A DNA stretch of 64,000 nt from Tubulanus polymorphus. Lineage: Eukaryota > Animalia > Nemertea. The notes beneath the pieces are model-generated. The model worked only from the letters and a program-made list of their open reading frames with translations, was not told the origin of the DNA and made no database searches. Shown one piece after another: positions 26,508-37,791 of this stretch. The DNA is taken from assembly GCF_964204645.1 (NCBI RefSeq), contig NC_134027.1, positions 19,120,560 through 19,184,559 of the forward strand. The letters run 5' to 3'. The position numbers were made by a program, and so were the translations under genes. Within the stretch, counting starts at the first letter, position 1, and each line of letters begins with the position of its first letter.

Positions 26508-27026
26508 CATCCTCCCCCAGCAGGGACTCGAACCTGATGGCATCGAGGTTGCCACGGCACGAAACCCTGCCATAAACGACCATGTGCGCAGATACATGCG
26601 CAGGTTTACCGTGATGTCATTGTCAACCAATCAGAAATCATGTTTCATTTGGTCCATACTTCCGCCCGGGTTTTCCCATTTATATGATTTCCGGGTTGTC
26701 GAAGCATGGTTTGTTTGTTCGTTCTCGTGTGCTTTGTTATCAAACAGTTATCAAACACAACATCTGATGACTCGATAAACTTTCCAAACCGAAACGACGA
26801 CAGATTTCTTCAAATATTTGCAGTTCGAATTTACTCAGAGACGAAACGGAATCCATATTGGAATTGATTGCCAAAGCGATTATACAACGAGCAATCTGAT
26901 TGGTGCCGCCAGTTTTTGTTCGGATAGTGCGCATGTAACTGCGCACATGGTCGTTTATGGCAGGGGTCCGTGCCGTGGTTGAGTGTAGCGATGCCATCAG
27001 GTTCGAGTCCCTGCAAAGGGAGGATG
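26508..27026. mobile_element. MITE family A, longer copy
   Basis: Same TIRs; TSD CAAACACCC at 26499-26507 and 27027-27035. Confidence 0.93.
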
Positions 27027-27166
27027 CAAACACCCAGTCTAACGCAGAAATTCGTTATCTTTAAGAATAATCTTACTTGAAGTGGATTGGATTATCAATA
27101 ACGAAGTTACGAATTGTTGAAGTGACATACCTATCGACCGATCTGATGGAGAGTTGGCTCCCTTGT

Positions 27167-27606
27167 GGGTCATCCTTATTACCAAGATGACGTATTTTAC
27201 CGAGATGAACCGAGATGAAATGAAATATAGCATATTTATTTATTCCTTATCGATTTCAACACTTGAAATTATGTTATATCAGTAATAAATACCTTCTAGA
27301 GTCATATTTTACATATTTTTTTTTTATTAAAAAAAATTTTGACTTCAAATACGTAAACTCGGTTAGCAATAAAATTTCATTGAATTTGATTGATCGACGA
27401 TCTCATCTCGGTAAAGTTAAGTTATTTTTCTACAAAAATATCCGACAAAATATGCACTCCAGCAGGCATTTATTACTGATATAATATGATTTCAATTATT
27501 AAAATCGATAAGGAATAAATAAATATGTTATAGGCTATTTCATTTCATCTCAGTTGATCTCGGTTCATCTCGGTAAAATACGTCATCTCGGTAATAAGGA
27601 TGACCG
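27167..27606. mobile_element. Merlin-like MITE
   Basis: TIR GGTCATCCTTATTACC / GGTAATAAGGATGACC extending ~90 bp; 8-bp TSD TCCCTTGT. Superfamily inferred from GG ends and TSD length. Confidence 0.8.
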
Positions 27607-28579
27607 TCCCTTGTCTTGTTATAAATAGTACCTAGGATACTTAGTCTGAATACCAGTCGTTGTTACGGTTCCGTACAACGTCTGACGCTAAAGTATCATA
27701 TAGAGGTTAACTCCTGTTAATTGCAATGCAACAACTGATTTCAGTGTCAAATCAAACCTTTGTACGAAAATAAATAAATTATTTACCTTCTTGTTGACTT
27801 TGAAAACGTGTTTTATAATAAATTTTTGATGATTTAAATCGCGAACCGGGGAATTTATTGATTTGATTTGAATTGATTGCCACTATCGGGATTTCCAATA
27901 CGGACTAAATTAATAAAATATGAAAATTCAATATGTCTCTCTAAAATTACTCTAAATGTTATTTTTTTGTTGATAAAATGCATAGATTTTTGTCAATTTT
28001 AACCTTAATAATTTGAAACAAGAATAATATCTGCATTGGCACCAAGTTTAAGTTCGAATCCGTAATTTACACTCCCATCATGCACCACGAAAAGCCGCCA
28101 TATTTGTTATGTTGCTTCACTTCAACTGTTTTTGAGGCGACTAGTCAAAAGTTTTGAGCTACTACGATTGTCAAAAGCTACTTAGGATTACAAATTTATG
28201 CACAAACAATAGTTAGCCTAACTTCCATCTGATTACAGAACAGTCAGTTTGAGGTAAGTTGATGGTGTTTTAAGGGGTGAAATAGACGCTCAAAGCCACG
28301 TCCCTCAAAATGAGGGACGAAAATTAACCTTATATGAGCACTTTCGCCCTAGAAGTTGTTTCAGGAACAACGGCTAGGTACTAGACTACTAGGATACTGG
28401 GGTCAAAATTTTTTTTTGTCAGTTTCCTGTGGCCTATAGGCTTACTCCATGACTTTCAAGGCCTTTGACTTGACCCATTCCCACTCCACTATTTCCAAGG
28501 ACCACTATGAATCCTGTTATTGAAAGAAAAATTTGCAAAAAATCTGAACCCCAATTCTGTAATTAAGACACCTGCCTAC

Positions 28580-28833
28580 CTTGAATTCGCACCATCGATG
28601 TCAGATAAGGCCTCAGCGATTTCCGATTGAGAAACTTGCCCAGTCTTTTCATGCTTTGCAACTGGTTTCATCACAGGCGGCAGCGGTGGTTTCTTTTTTG
28701 TATCCCCGACAGCAGCATTGGTTGCAGCTGCCGCCGCTTTAACGTGACATAATCTGTGTCGCTCGATAATTACGAAGATCCCCATCATCACAACGAAACC
28801 TCGTCGTAAGGAAATTGCAGATCCAAATCTCAT
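28580..28833 (-). CDS. SLC9A8: NHE8-type Na+/H+ exchanger, coding exon 1 (putative signal peptide and low-complexity N-terminus)
   Basis: ATG at 28833 (MRFGSAISLRRGFVVMMGIFVII...); donor AAG|GTAGGC at 28579 in phase 2, matching the phase-2 acceptor at 25943. Assignment rests on phase and position, not conserved sequence. Confidence 0.7.
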
Positions 28834-29145
28834 GATTGATAATTGGAATATCAAAATTCTCTTACTTGTCTCTTTATGAAATTGTGAGGGGGCCGACGTG
28901 CGTGACGACGACGATGACTCTGACTAACTCTGAGTCGAGTTTGACAACGCCAACGCCAACGGACGGCTAAATTTAAGAATAGATCGACAGGAATTCACCG
29001 GTTTAATTGAAACGACAAAAAGATACCGACATCGTACACTATAATTCATTCACGGAAAATACGTCAACTCTTGAGTTCATACGCGAAAATACGTCGCAAA
29101 TACTCTACCAAACTCGAAGTCAAAACTGCGGAGCTGTCACTAGAC

Positions 29146-29154
29146 CCGGAAGTG
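29146..29154. promoter_or_regulatory. ETS/GABP-type motif upstream of NHE8 exon 1
   Basis: CCGGAAGTG about 310 bp upstream of the NHE8 ATG in a CpG-rich tract. Confidence 0.4.
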
Positions 29155-29385
29155 TCTTACACGCTCGGCGACCTTCAATTCCGTTCAGTTAAATTCAATT
29201 TATTGTATTTATTGATACAACAAGAAATTTAACTTGAAAGATTGTTGATGCCTTAAAGAAAGATCACACATGACTATGAATAATTTGATATAATTTCCAG
29301 TAACAATCAAGTTATTTCTAATTCGAATATCGTCAATATTAACCGGCAACCAGTCTATCAGGCTAGCCCCATCATCGCTTGCCAG

Positions 29386-30102
29386 AGGCGCATTCGTTTG
29401 ATACGTTTGCACAAATCGAAACGGTTTGCATCTTCACCCGTCAAGGGATTCGAAACCACTACGCTAAAGCTGTTCCCCGACCCCTTGACCTCACGAGTCG
29501 TTGGAGTCGTTACTAGCCGACCAGAATCCGGTCATACCAATCACAGCGCTTGTAACAAACCGTCAGTAGACTTCTGTTGGTTTTCCCGTTAAATTGACCA
29601 ATCAGCGAACGTTTTACCGAACAAGGAAGTATTTCGCAAATCGATATATGACGTCACGCGCAACAGCGCCAGTAATGAAATCACGCTTCGTGAGGCCAGG
29701 GGGCTGGTGGAAGCGAGTTCGGGAGTGATACCGGACCCTGGCAAGCGAGGATGAACGGTTTGCGGTTTGTGGGAAAAGAGTCGTCTTTGTTCATACCGGT
29801 TTACAGACCGGTTTGCATAAACCGGCGTCTTTGTTCAGGCATAAACCTAAACGTTGTGCGCAAACCGACTAAACTGCTTTGCGAGCGGTTTACATCAAAC
29901 CACTATAAGAACGAAAGTTATAGTTCTATGATCAAACCGACGTTTCAACATTGGCCGTATGAGATTTCTGCGGCAGCTGACCCAAACCGACTTTTCCTAG
30001 TGTTGCATTTGTTCACTCAACGGCATTTATAACCGGTTTGTGACGTAATAAACCGATATAAACTGGTTTATACAAACCGATTTCAAACACTGAAATGCGC
30101 CT
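29386..30102. mobile_element. PIF/Harbinger-like MITE with AAACCG/CGGTTT modules, hosting MITE family B
   Basis: TIR AGGCGCATT / AATGCGCCT; 3-bp TSD CAG. Confidence 0.7.
29429..29753. mobile_element. MITE family B (CATC...GATG ends, 9-bp TSD)
   Basis: CATCTTCACCCGTCAAGGG ... CCCTGGCAAGCGAGGATG; TSD AACGGTTTG on both sides. Confidence 0.88.
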
Positions 30103-30629
30103 CAGGATTTGATGAGCATTTGTTTGAAATCGGTTTGCGGCGCACTAAACCGATTAAGATTCAAGATTCAAATTTTTTTGTTCACAAATTTAACAATTCG
30201 CATTTTCCAATATGTTCACGATCGGGGTAAGCCTATTTTTGAGAGAGTTGGAGATGTGATCAAATTCAGCCGAATGGAAGGTTTCATCGCAGATTAAAAT
30301 TCTTTTAATTTGTACATAGGGCCCGGTTTTTTATCTTATCATCTTGGTTCACCACCGTTGGTGTGGTTATCGTACTATTATGTTTTCCCTGACTTGGATA
30401 TTCTCGGAGCGATCCATTTCTCAATGTATATCTTAGACTGGTTGCCTGTCCCTTTCAATCGGTAACCAGTCTGCGTAGTAGGTCGCGTACGGACGCACAC
30501 TCTTATCAAATGTTATCTCGCACGTTGTATCTAATAATGTCGTAAGTCGTCTGAGGTCTTCCGTATGACATCGAAATGTATTTTTGTTCACCTTTTCTTT
30601 CCACCACGACGCCCAGGCGGCTTTACGTG

Positions 30630-31516
30630 TAATGTCTATTTCAACCTGACTTGAGGGTAAGATTCAAAAATAGGGGACTAGTGGTTAAGAGGCGTTTTTA
30701 CGAGCATCCGATTTTTGCGATCGATTTCGTGAACGATTTGCTTCGATCGAACGTTCGTAAAAATGACGATGGATTTGGCTAATCACATGACATAAATATG
30801 GCGACGTTGAGGAAAAAAATGTATGTTTTTGAACTACCCGGTGCCGCCATCTTGGAAATCAAATCGCCAAATCGCTCGCCGAGCGAGTTGGTCGATTTCA
30901 AAAATCGATCGGAAAATCGTGTTCGTAAAAATGCCGATCGTGATATCGATCGCAAAAATCGGTGCTCGTAAATGTGTTCCTACGATCGATCGCAAAAATC
31001 GGATGCTCGTAAAAACGCCTTAGGATCAGTTAGCATTCTGGGGGGCCTAGCTCGCTCATTTTTGGTAGTACGTACATACCTGATAAAGGTCTTAATAGGA
31101 CCAGAAAGGACAGGCAGTCAACCTAAATCGTCATTTTTTAATCCATTTGAAACTGTATTGAAGGATATCTAAAAGTCTTCACTGAAAGGGGTTAAATGAA
31201 GAGAATTGACTCCATGATTTGAAAGTTTAAAAATATGTTTCTATGCCTACATACCAAATTTCTGTTGGTAGGTACGGAGACATATTGTTAAACTTCAAAT
31301 CATGGAGTCTCTTTTCTCTCATGAACCCCTTTCAATCGAGACTTTTTGGATATCCTTCATACAGTTTAAAGTGGATTAAAAAACGATGTTTAAGGTCGAC
31401 TGCCTGCCCTTTCTGATTCTGCTGGTCCTACTAAGACCTTTATCAGGTATGTACTCCCAAAAATGAGTGAGCTAGGCCACCCGGAATGCTCTCAAGTCAG
31501 GTTGAAATAGACATTA
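30630..31516. mobile_element. Foldback element with ~240-bp arms, left arm interrupted
   Basis: TAATGTCTATTTCAACCTGACTTGAG / CTCAAGTCAGGTTGAAATAGACATTA; 31032-31250 pairs with 31268-31490. Confidence 0.8.
30690..31020. mobile_element. PIF/Harbinger-like MITE
   Basis: Perfect ~36-bp TIR AGGCGTTTTTACGAGCATCCGATTTTTGCGATCGAT. Confidence 0.85.
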
Positions 31517-32160
31517 GGCCTAGGCCTAAATAAATATTAATTTAAAGTATCATACTACCACAGGGGTTTGGCGATGGCGATGGGCTTGGATTTTATTTCC
31601 GGGTTGTTGATAATCTCGCGAGAATGGCGCTAAATATAAACTGCGAATAAATTCAAAATATCACGGACCTTGTGTTTATATTGTTTATTTATCCGCTCTA
31701 AAGTTCCGATAAACAATAGGCCTATTGGTTGTTAAGAATCTACCAGACGGTCGAGCTAAAAAGAAATTTTATTTTTCCAATCTGCTTCACCTTTAGGAAA
31801 TAAAGTAGTCATTTCATATTTTGATATCTCATCTTGAATACTAGGATATCCCTCTGAAAAGCAGTTGTCATTCATTTGTTCATGGTTTTTCAATTCCAGT
31901 TGACCCTTTTGTTAAATAACTGCCGCTGCTAGGCCTAAAATACCCACCAACCAATGGTTAGTCAAATAGATTCTAGAGGATCATATTATCAATTTTCTTA
32001 ATCATTCGAATGACTTGCCTAGAAGGAGACCTTTAATTAGATACTTTATTAAAATTGACTTACTGTTGAAATATCCACGCAAAACAAGATGGCTGCCATT
32101 CCTTGAGCCTCAATTTGAGATATCATGATATAGATATTTCATGGGTAAGTCTGTTAGGGC

Positions 32161-33430
32161 CTAGGGCACATCTTCAGCCCAAAAACTGGCCCTATTAGAT
32201 TCAAGATGGCCGACTGGCAGCCATTGTTGTTCGCCAAAATCAGCACTTTTTACACATTTTCGAAGTTTTCGAGGGAAATTTTGAAGACGCTTTGATCATT
32301 TACCTTGATTGTTCATAGATATTTGTATCCCCCAAGGGCCCATTAGCATGAGAAAGATTGGGTCGATCAGACTCAAGATGGGTGTCCTGACCTTTTTTGT
32401 GCCCAAAAATGTCAATTTTGGCCTGAATTCTGAGTCCTGTAGCTTCCTAATGGTTTGCCATTTTTCATTGTCATTTGTGGTGGGTATTCTTTGGAAAGGG
32501 ATGTTTTATACCTGAGACAGAAATATTTGAATAGGCAATTATAACACAATTGGTGGCCATCTTGGTGTCATCAGTACTCATTCGTAGGTGGAAAAAGTTT
32601 TTCCACATTATATTGATACTTAAGCATATTTTGCTACCACAATCAATTGGAAATGTGTAGCTCATGACATGGTCTATGATCGTGGTGAGTTTCAAGGTCA
32701 TTGGTTTTTGCATATGGCCACCAGGTGGCGTTACAATGCAATAACTTAGTATTTCTTTATTATATTCGTACCTATGCATATTTTGTTACCACAATCAATT
32801 GGAAAGTTGTAGCTCATGACATGGTCTACGATTGTGGTGAGTTTCAAGGACATTAGTTATTCTATATAGTCACTAGGGGGCGTTGAATAGTAGAATAATT
32901 TAGTATTTCCTTATTATATTGGTACCTAGGCATATTTTTTTACCATTACAAAGTTGTAGCTCATGTCATGTTCTATGATTATGGTGAGTTTCAAGGTCAT
33001 TGGGCTTCGCATATGGTCACCAGGGGGCATTGAATAGTAGAATAACTTCGTATTTCCATATCATATTGGTAACTAAGCATATTTTGTTACCACAATAGAT
33101 TACAAAATTGTAGCTGCTGACATGTTCTATGATCGTGGTGAGTTTCAAGGTCATTGGATGGGGCATTGAATATTGAAATTGTTAGATTTTTGATATCTGA
33201 AACCACTTCCCAAGTGGGCATGGTGTCCCCGGACCCCTAGTTTGTATAGGGTCACCAGGGGCATTGAATAACTGAATAACTTAGTATTTTAATATTGTAT
33301 TGGTGTCTAGGCATATTTTGTCACCACAATCAATTGCAAAATGTAGCTAGTGACATGTTCTATGATTGTGGTGAGTTTTATGGTCATTGCTTTCTTAATA
33401 TATTCACCAGGGGGCGTTGAATATTGAAAT
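32161..33430 (+). mobile_element. HINE-like element, 5'-truncated, with ~153-bp tandem array
   Basis: Units start near 32624, 32776, 32930 and 33077, with another at 33311 after the 3' end TCCCAAGTGGGCATGGTGTCCCCGGACCCCTAG (33240). Confidence 0.85.
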
Positions 33431-34278
33431 TTTCTGTTTATTGAACATTTTTAACATTTGCGTGTGGTGTTCCTAGTTCCAACCGTGTTTTGGCCCTTGT
33501 TATCCTTAACGTTAGTATAGGCCTGGCGGATTAGAAAAGCTTACCACCAGCGCTTAGGTGACTATTTAGTTCTTGTTGAGACTTTTTTGGAATTTTACAG
33601 GAAAATGGTGTCCTTTTTAGGGCATTTAGAGCCTTAGAAGGAGAAACACATTGGTCCGGCCCTGGTAGGGGATCTGGGGATCCTCTTTTTGAAAAAGCTC
33701 TTGAAATGTTTATAACCAGAACATGCGTTTTGATGACATTCTGGCACGAGAAATTTGAAATAAATTTCCTTACATCGGGACAAAATTCACAGCAAGATGA
33801 TACTTGTTTTTATGCAAAATTTAGTGTGATTATCGGCATTGCTGTAGCTTACGTCAAAAAGTGAAACATGATCGGCAAAGTTTTGGTCCGGCCAATACCA
33901 GTTCCGCAGGCCATGTCTTTCTAGGAGATGCCGGCTATCAATTTGTTGGAATTTAGGGCATTTTTTGTGCAAAAGAGTACAAAAGGTGCCATTAGAAATA
34001 GATTAAGCCATGATCCAACATGCGCCCCTCCTATTTATACTAAATGTGATATTTATTTGCTAGGCCTATATCACTAATCATAGTCAACTACATGCATCAA
34101 TAGCATAAATAGAACAACCTCATAAAAACACAGTGATGATCTTAGATGGCTCTTTGGTATTTAATTTTGTTCAATTTTTTATGCAGCATCCTGACTGGAA
34201 ATATAAACTTGTTAGTGAGGAGGCATCATTTAGAGAAAAATATCATATGAACAAGAACAAGATGGTGAGAAAGATATG

Positions 34279-35392
34279 TTTTAGTCCACTTGGGACTTTA
34301 GTTCCAGCTGGCTATTGCGTTCACTTTTCATCCATCGTCCGTCCGTAGACGGAATCCAGTTATTTTGGGAAGTTTTGAAGACGCTTCAATGTAATGTCTT
34401 GATATTTAGGTTACAATGTATCTACCCTAGACACATCTTCAGCCCAAAAACTGGCCCTGTCAGTATCAAGATGGCTGACTGGCAGCCATTGTTGTTCGCA
34501 AAAATCAGCACTTTTTATACATTTTTGAACTTTTTGAGGGAAATTTTGGGGACGCTTTGATCAATTACCTTGATCTTTCGTATATATTTGAATCCCCCAG
34601 GGCCCATCAGCTTAAGAAAAATTGGGTCGATCGGACTCAAGATGGCCGTCCTATGACCTTTTAAGTGCCCGAATATGTCATTTTTGGCCCGAATTCTGAG
34701 TCCTGGAGCTTCCTACTGGTTTGCCATTTCTCATTGCAATTGCTGATAAGTATTCATTGGAAAGGGAAGTTTTATACCTGGGACTGGTATTTTTGATCAG
34801 CCAATTATGACGCAATTGGCGGTCATCTTGGTGTCATCAGTACTCATTCGTAGGTGGGAAAAAGTTTTTCGACATTTTATTGATACCTCAGCATATTTTG
34901 TTACCACAAGGAATTAGAAAGTTGTAGCTTATAACGTGTTCTATGATTGTGGTGAGTTTCATGGTCATTGGTTTTTGTATATTGCTACCAGGGGTCGTTG
35001 AATATTACAATATCTTAGTATTTCTGTATTATATTTGTACCAATGCATATTTTGTTAGCACAATCACTTGCAAAGTTGTAGCTCATGACATCGTCTATGA
35101 TTGTGGTGAGTTTCAAGGACATTAGTTATTCTATATGGTCACTAGGGGGCGTTGAATAGTAGAATAACTTAAGAGCAAGAGTATTTCCTTATTATATTGG
35201 TATCTAGGCATATTTTGTCACCATGACCAATTGCGAAGTTGTAGCTCATGACATGTTCAATGATTGTGGTGAGTTTCAAGGACATTGGGTTTTGTATATG
35301 GTCACCAGGGGGCGTTGAATATTGAAATTGTTAGATTTTTTAGCATTTTAAACATCTTCCCAAGTGGGCATGGTGTAACTGGACCCCTAGTT
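34279..35392 (+). mobile_element. HINE-like (non-autonomous Helentron) element, full length
   Basis: 5' TTTTAGTCCACTTGGGA and 3' TCCCAAGTGGGC subterminal inverted repeats, CGTCCGTCCGT microsatellite, three ~154-bp units (34891, 35045, 35208), ends ...CCCCTAG in a T-run, no TSD. Confidence 0.88.
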
Positions 35393-35922
35393 TGTCTTCC
35401 CGGTATTTAAAATCTATTTAAATGTGCTTGTTGATAGGTTCTGCTGACTAAAATTCACTTACTAAGTCAGAGGTTTGGGGGATTGACTAGCGAGTGTAGA
35501 ATGAAAGTAGTCTGTGCTGGATCTAGTTCCACAGTTGTGAGAGAGTAAAATCTGAGTAAAGTTAGTTCATTTTCAATCATTTGCTTAGAGTGAAATCTTA
35601 ACTCACAACTATGGAACTGGAAGCTGATTTGTAGTAAGCCATGATGACCCTGCTTGCCATGGAGCTGATTGCCTCAAATTATTGCGTACAGCAAACAAAT
35701 TTTCCTACTCTTGAGTCATTGAATGACGAAATTTCGTCGCTCTGTCTCAGAATAAAGGCTAGCAAATTCATGGGTAGAGTTGTAGTTAGTCGAGATCGCA
35801 TAAATTAGTGTAGGACAATTTCAAATATTTTGTACAGGGCACGTGATAATCTGATAGTCAGCTCTGTGGGAAGTTGGATTTACTTTATGTAACTGGAATT
35901 AATCAATTAACTTTTTCCACAG

Positions 35923-37791
35923 GTTAATTCTGCCATATGCAATCATGATGAGCTTCAAGGTTTGATGTCATGTTTCGATGAATTTCGCAGGACTGGATTT
36001 CTCTGCGATGCAGAACTGATTGCATCAGGCCTTGCATTAAAAGTTCATCGTGTATTACTAGCTGCGTGGAGTCATGTACTGGCGAGTGAGTTTCGGACTT
36101 GCGAAAAGAACGGACAAATGAAATTTGAACTTGGTGGACTTTCACAACAACAGTTGATGAAATTAGTTGAATTTTTCTACACCGGACATGTAGAACTAAA
36201 CCATACAAATATTCTAGTATTCCAGAATGTAGCGGCTCAGTTGAAAATCCCGTATCTTTCGTCAATTTGTGAAAAATCTTTCGAAAATGTCTGTAAAACT
36301 GAGAATAACCAAATGGACGTTCATGAACTCGATGAAAGTGATGCCAATGACGATATATCCGAAATGGATCTGATAGAAAAACCGATGATTCTGGTCAACA
36401 ATTCCAACTGCCTCTTAATAGAAACAAAAGATTCTTTAGGACTTGAACATAAGCTTCCCAGACAAGATATTGGCGTAATCGAAAACGTCGTTAGCGGCGA
36501 AGATATTCCGAGTAACGGATTTGCGTGTGCGAAATGCGACTCTTCGTTCACCTCTTTTCGTGCCTGGAAAGCTCATAACGGTAAATGTTGTAAAAAAGCG
36601 ACAAAAATCACAAAAAATCTAGCAGCCGAGAGGAATATATCCTCATCGGCGAATTTACAAGAGGTTGATTCAGATTGCAAAATGTGTGCGAATCTGTTCA
36701 CCGATGGTGAAACTGTAATGCCGGTTTGCGAAGGTTTAATTTCAGAAGCCGAATCGCGTTTATTCTGCAAAGTATGCCAATACCGAGCGGAAAGTGTTAC
36801 TGCATTGCGAAATCACGTCCATCGCATTCACTTGTGCGATGATTTTCGTTGTGAATACTGCGGAATAACGTACGCGAAAATTGATGTGTACGCCGATCAC
36901 CTGAAAGACTCGCATGGAAAGAATTGCAATGCTGACATATTTTCAAATCTAAAGTTGCTTACGTGCGAAATTTGCGAGGAATTTACGAGTTATCGGCAGT
37001 TGATTTTGAAATATCATAAATTGAAAAAGCACTCAGTCACAACGCCACACAAGCACTCATGCGGTGTTTGTTCAGAAACTTTCGAGACAAAAATGAAATT
37101 GTGCACGCACAGAGTTAAAGCTCACCCAAAGGCGAAGCATGTCATCAAATGTAAAATCTGTCATTTTTCGACTCACGATAAGAAAAATCTCGAATATCAC
37201 ATGTATGCGAAGCATAAGATTCTGTCATCAGAAAAAACTGTTTATCAATGTCCGAACTGTGCCTATACATCTCTGGTCGAACACTACGTGCAAATGCACA
37301 TCAAAAATAAACATTCGTCCGAGCGTCCGCATGTCTGCGAAACATGTCTGAAAACATTCAAAACAGTGTCCGCGTTGAATGTGCATGCAAAGCGCCACGT
37401 AATTGGAAATGAGTACAAGTGCTCGCAGTGCGAATATGTCACGAATGTAGCGGCCAATTTGAAAGGGCACACACAACGTTGTCATCCGACTGGCGTTGTG
37501 TTTCGTTGTTCGTTGTGCTCGTTCCAATCTGGCTTCAAACATGACCTCGAAAAACACACGCGCACTGTCAAACACAAACAGACCGGTAAAGCGTGGAACC
37601 GTCGTGCGCGCATGGGCCTCGACCCACCGAACACAGCTCAGAGCAAGAAAAAATGGATCGAAAAACGACGTTTACAAAATAAACTGAAGAAAGCTGATAT
37701 AACAGAAAGTGATATACTGGCACTAGTCGAGAGAAATCAAATTAAATTGACTGCAAGCGGTGTAAATGCTGAAATATTAAGTATACTATGA
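35923..37791 (+). CDS. BTB/POZ plus multiple C2H2 zinc-finger protein (ZBTB-like), main coding exon
   Basis: Acceptor CTTTTTCCACAG| at 35922, open in frame; BTB motifs (FDEFRRTGFLCDAEL, VHRVLLAAWS, LVEFFYTG); about 10 C2H2/C2HC fingers, e.g. HVCETCLKTFKTVSALNVHAKRH. Start is either ATG 35965 or on an unidentified upstream exon. Confidence 0.93.
   Translation, partial: VNSAICNHDELQGLMSCFDEFRRTGFLCDAELIASGLALKVHRVLLAAWSHVLASEFRTCEKNGQMKFELGGLSQQQLMKLVEFFYTGHVELNHTNILVFQNVAAQLKIPYLSSICEKSFENVCKTENNQMDVHELDESDANDDISEMDLIEKPMILVNNSNCLLIETKDSLGLEHKLPRQDIGVIENVVSGEDIPSNGFACAKCDSSFTSFRAWKAHNGKCCKKATKITKNLAAERNISSSANLQEVDSDCKMCANLFTDGETVMPVCEGLISEAESRLFCKVCQYRAESVTALRNHVHRIHLCDDFRCEYCGITYAKIDVYADHLKDSHGKNCNADIFSNLKLLTCEICEEFTSYRQLILKYHKLKKHSVTTPHKHSCGVCSETFETKMKLCTHRVKAHPKAKHVIKCKICHFSTHDKKNLEYHMYAKHKILSSEKTVYQCPNCAYTSLVEHYVQMHIKNKHSSERPHVCETCLKTFKTVSALNVHAKRHVIGNEYKCSQCEYVTNVAANLKGHTQRCHPTGVVFRCSLCSFQSGFKHDLEKHTRTVKHKQTGKAWNRRARMGLDPPNTAQSKKKWIEKRRLQNKLKKADITESDILALVERNQIKLTASGVNAEILSIL

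Noticed and set aside
32624-33430. CRISPR-like regularly spaced repeats
   Set aside because: Whole ~153-bp units repeat with no unique spacers; eukaryotic satellite within a HINE.
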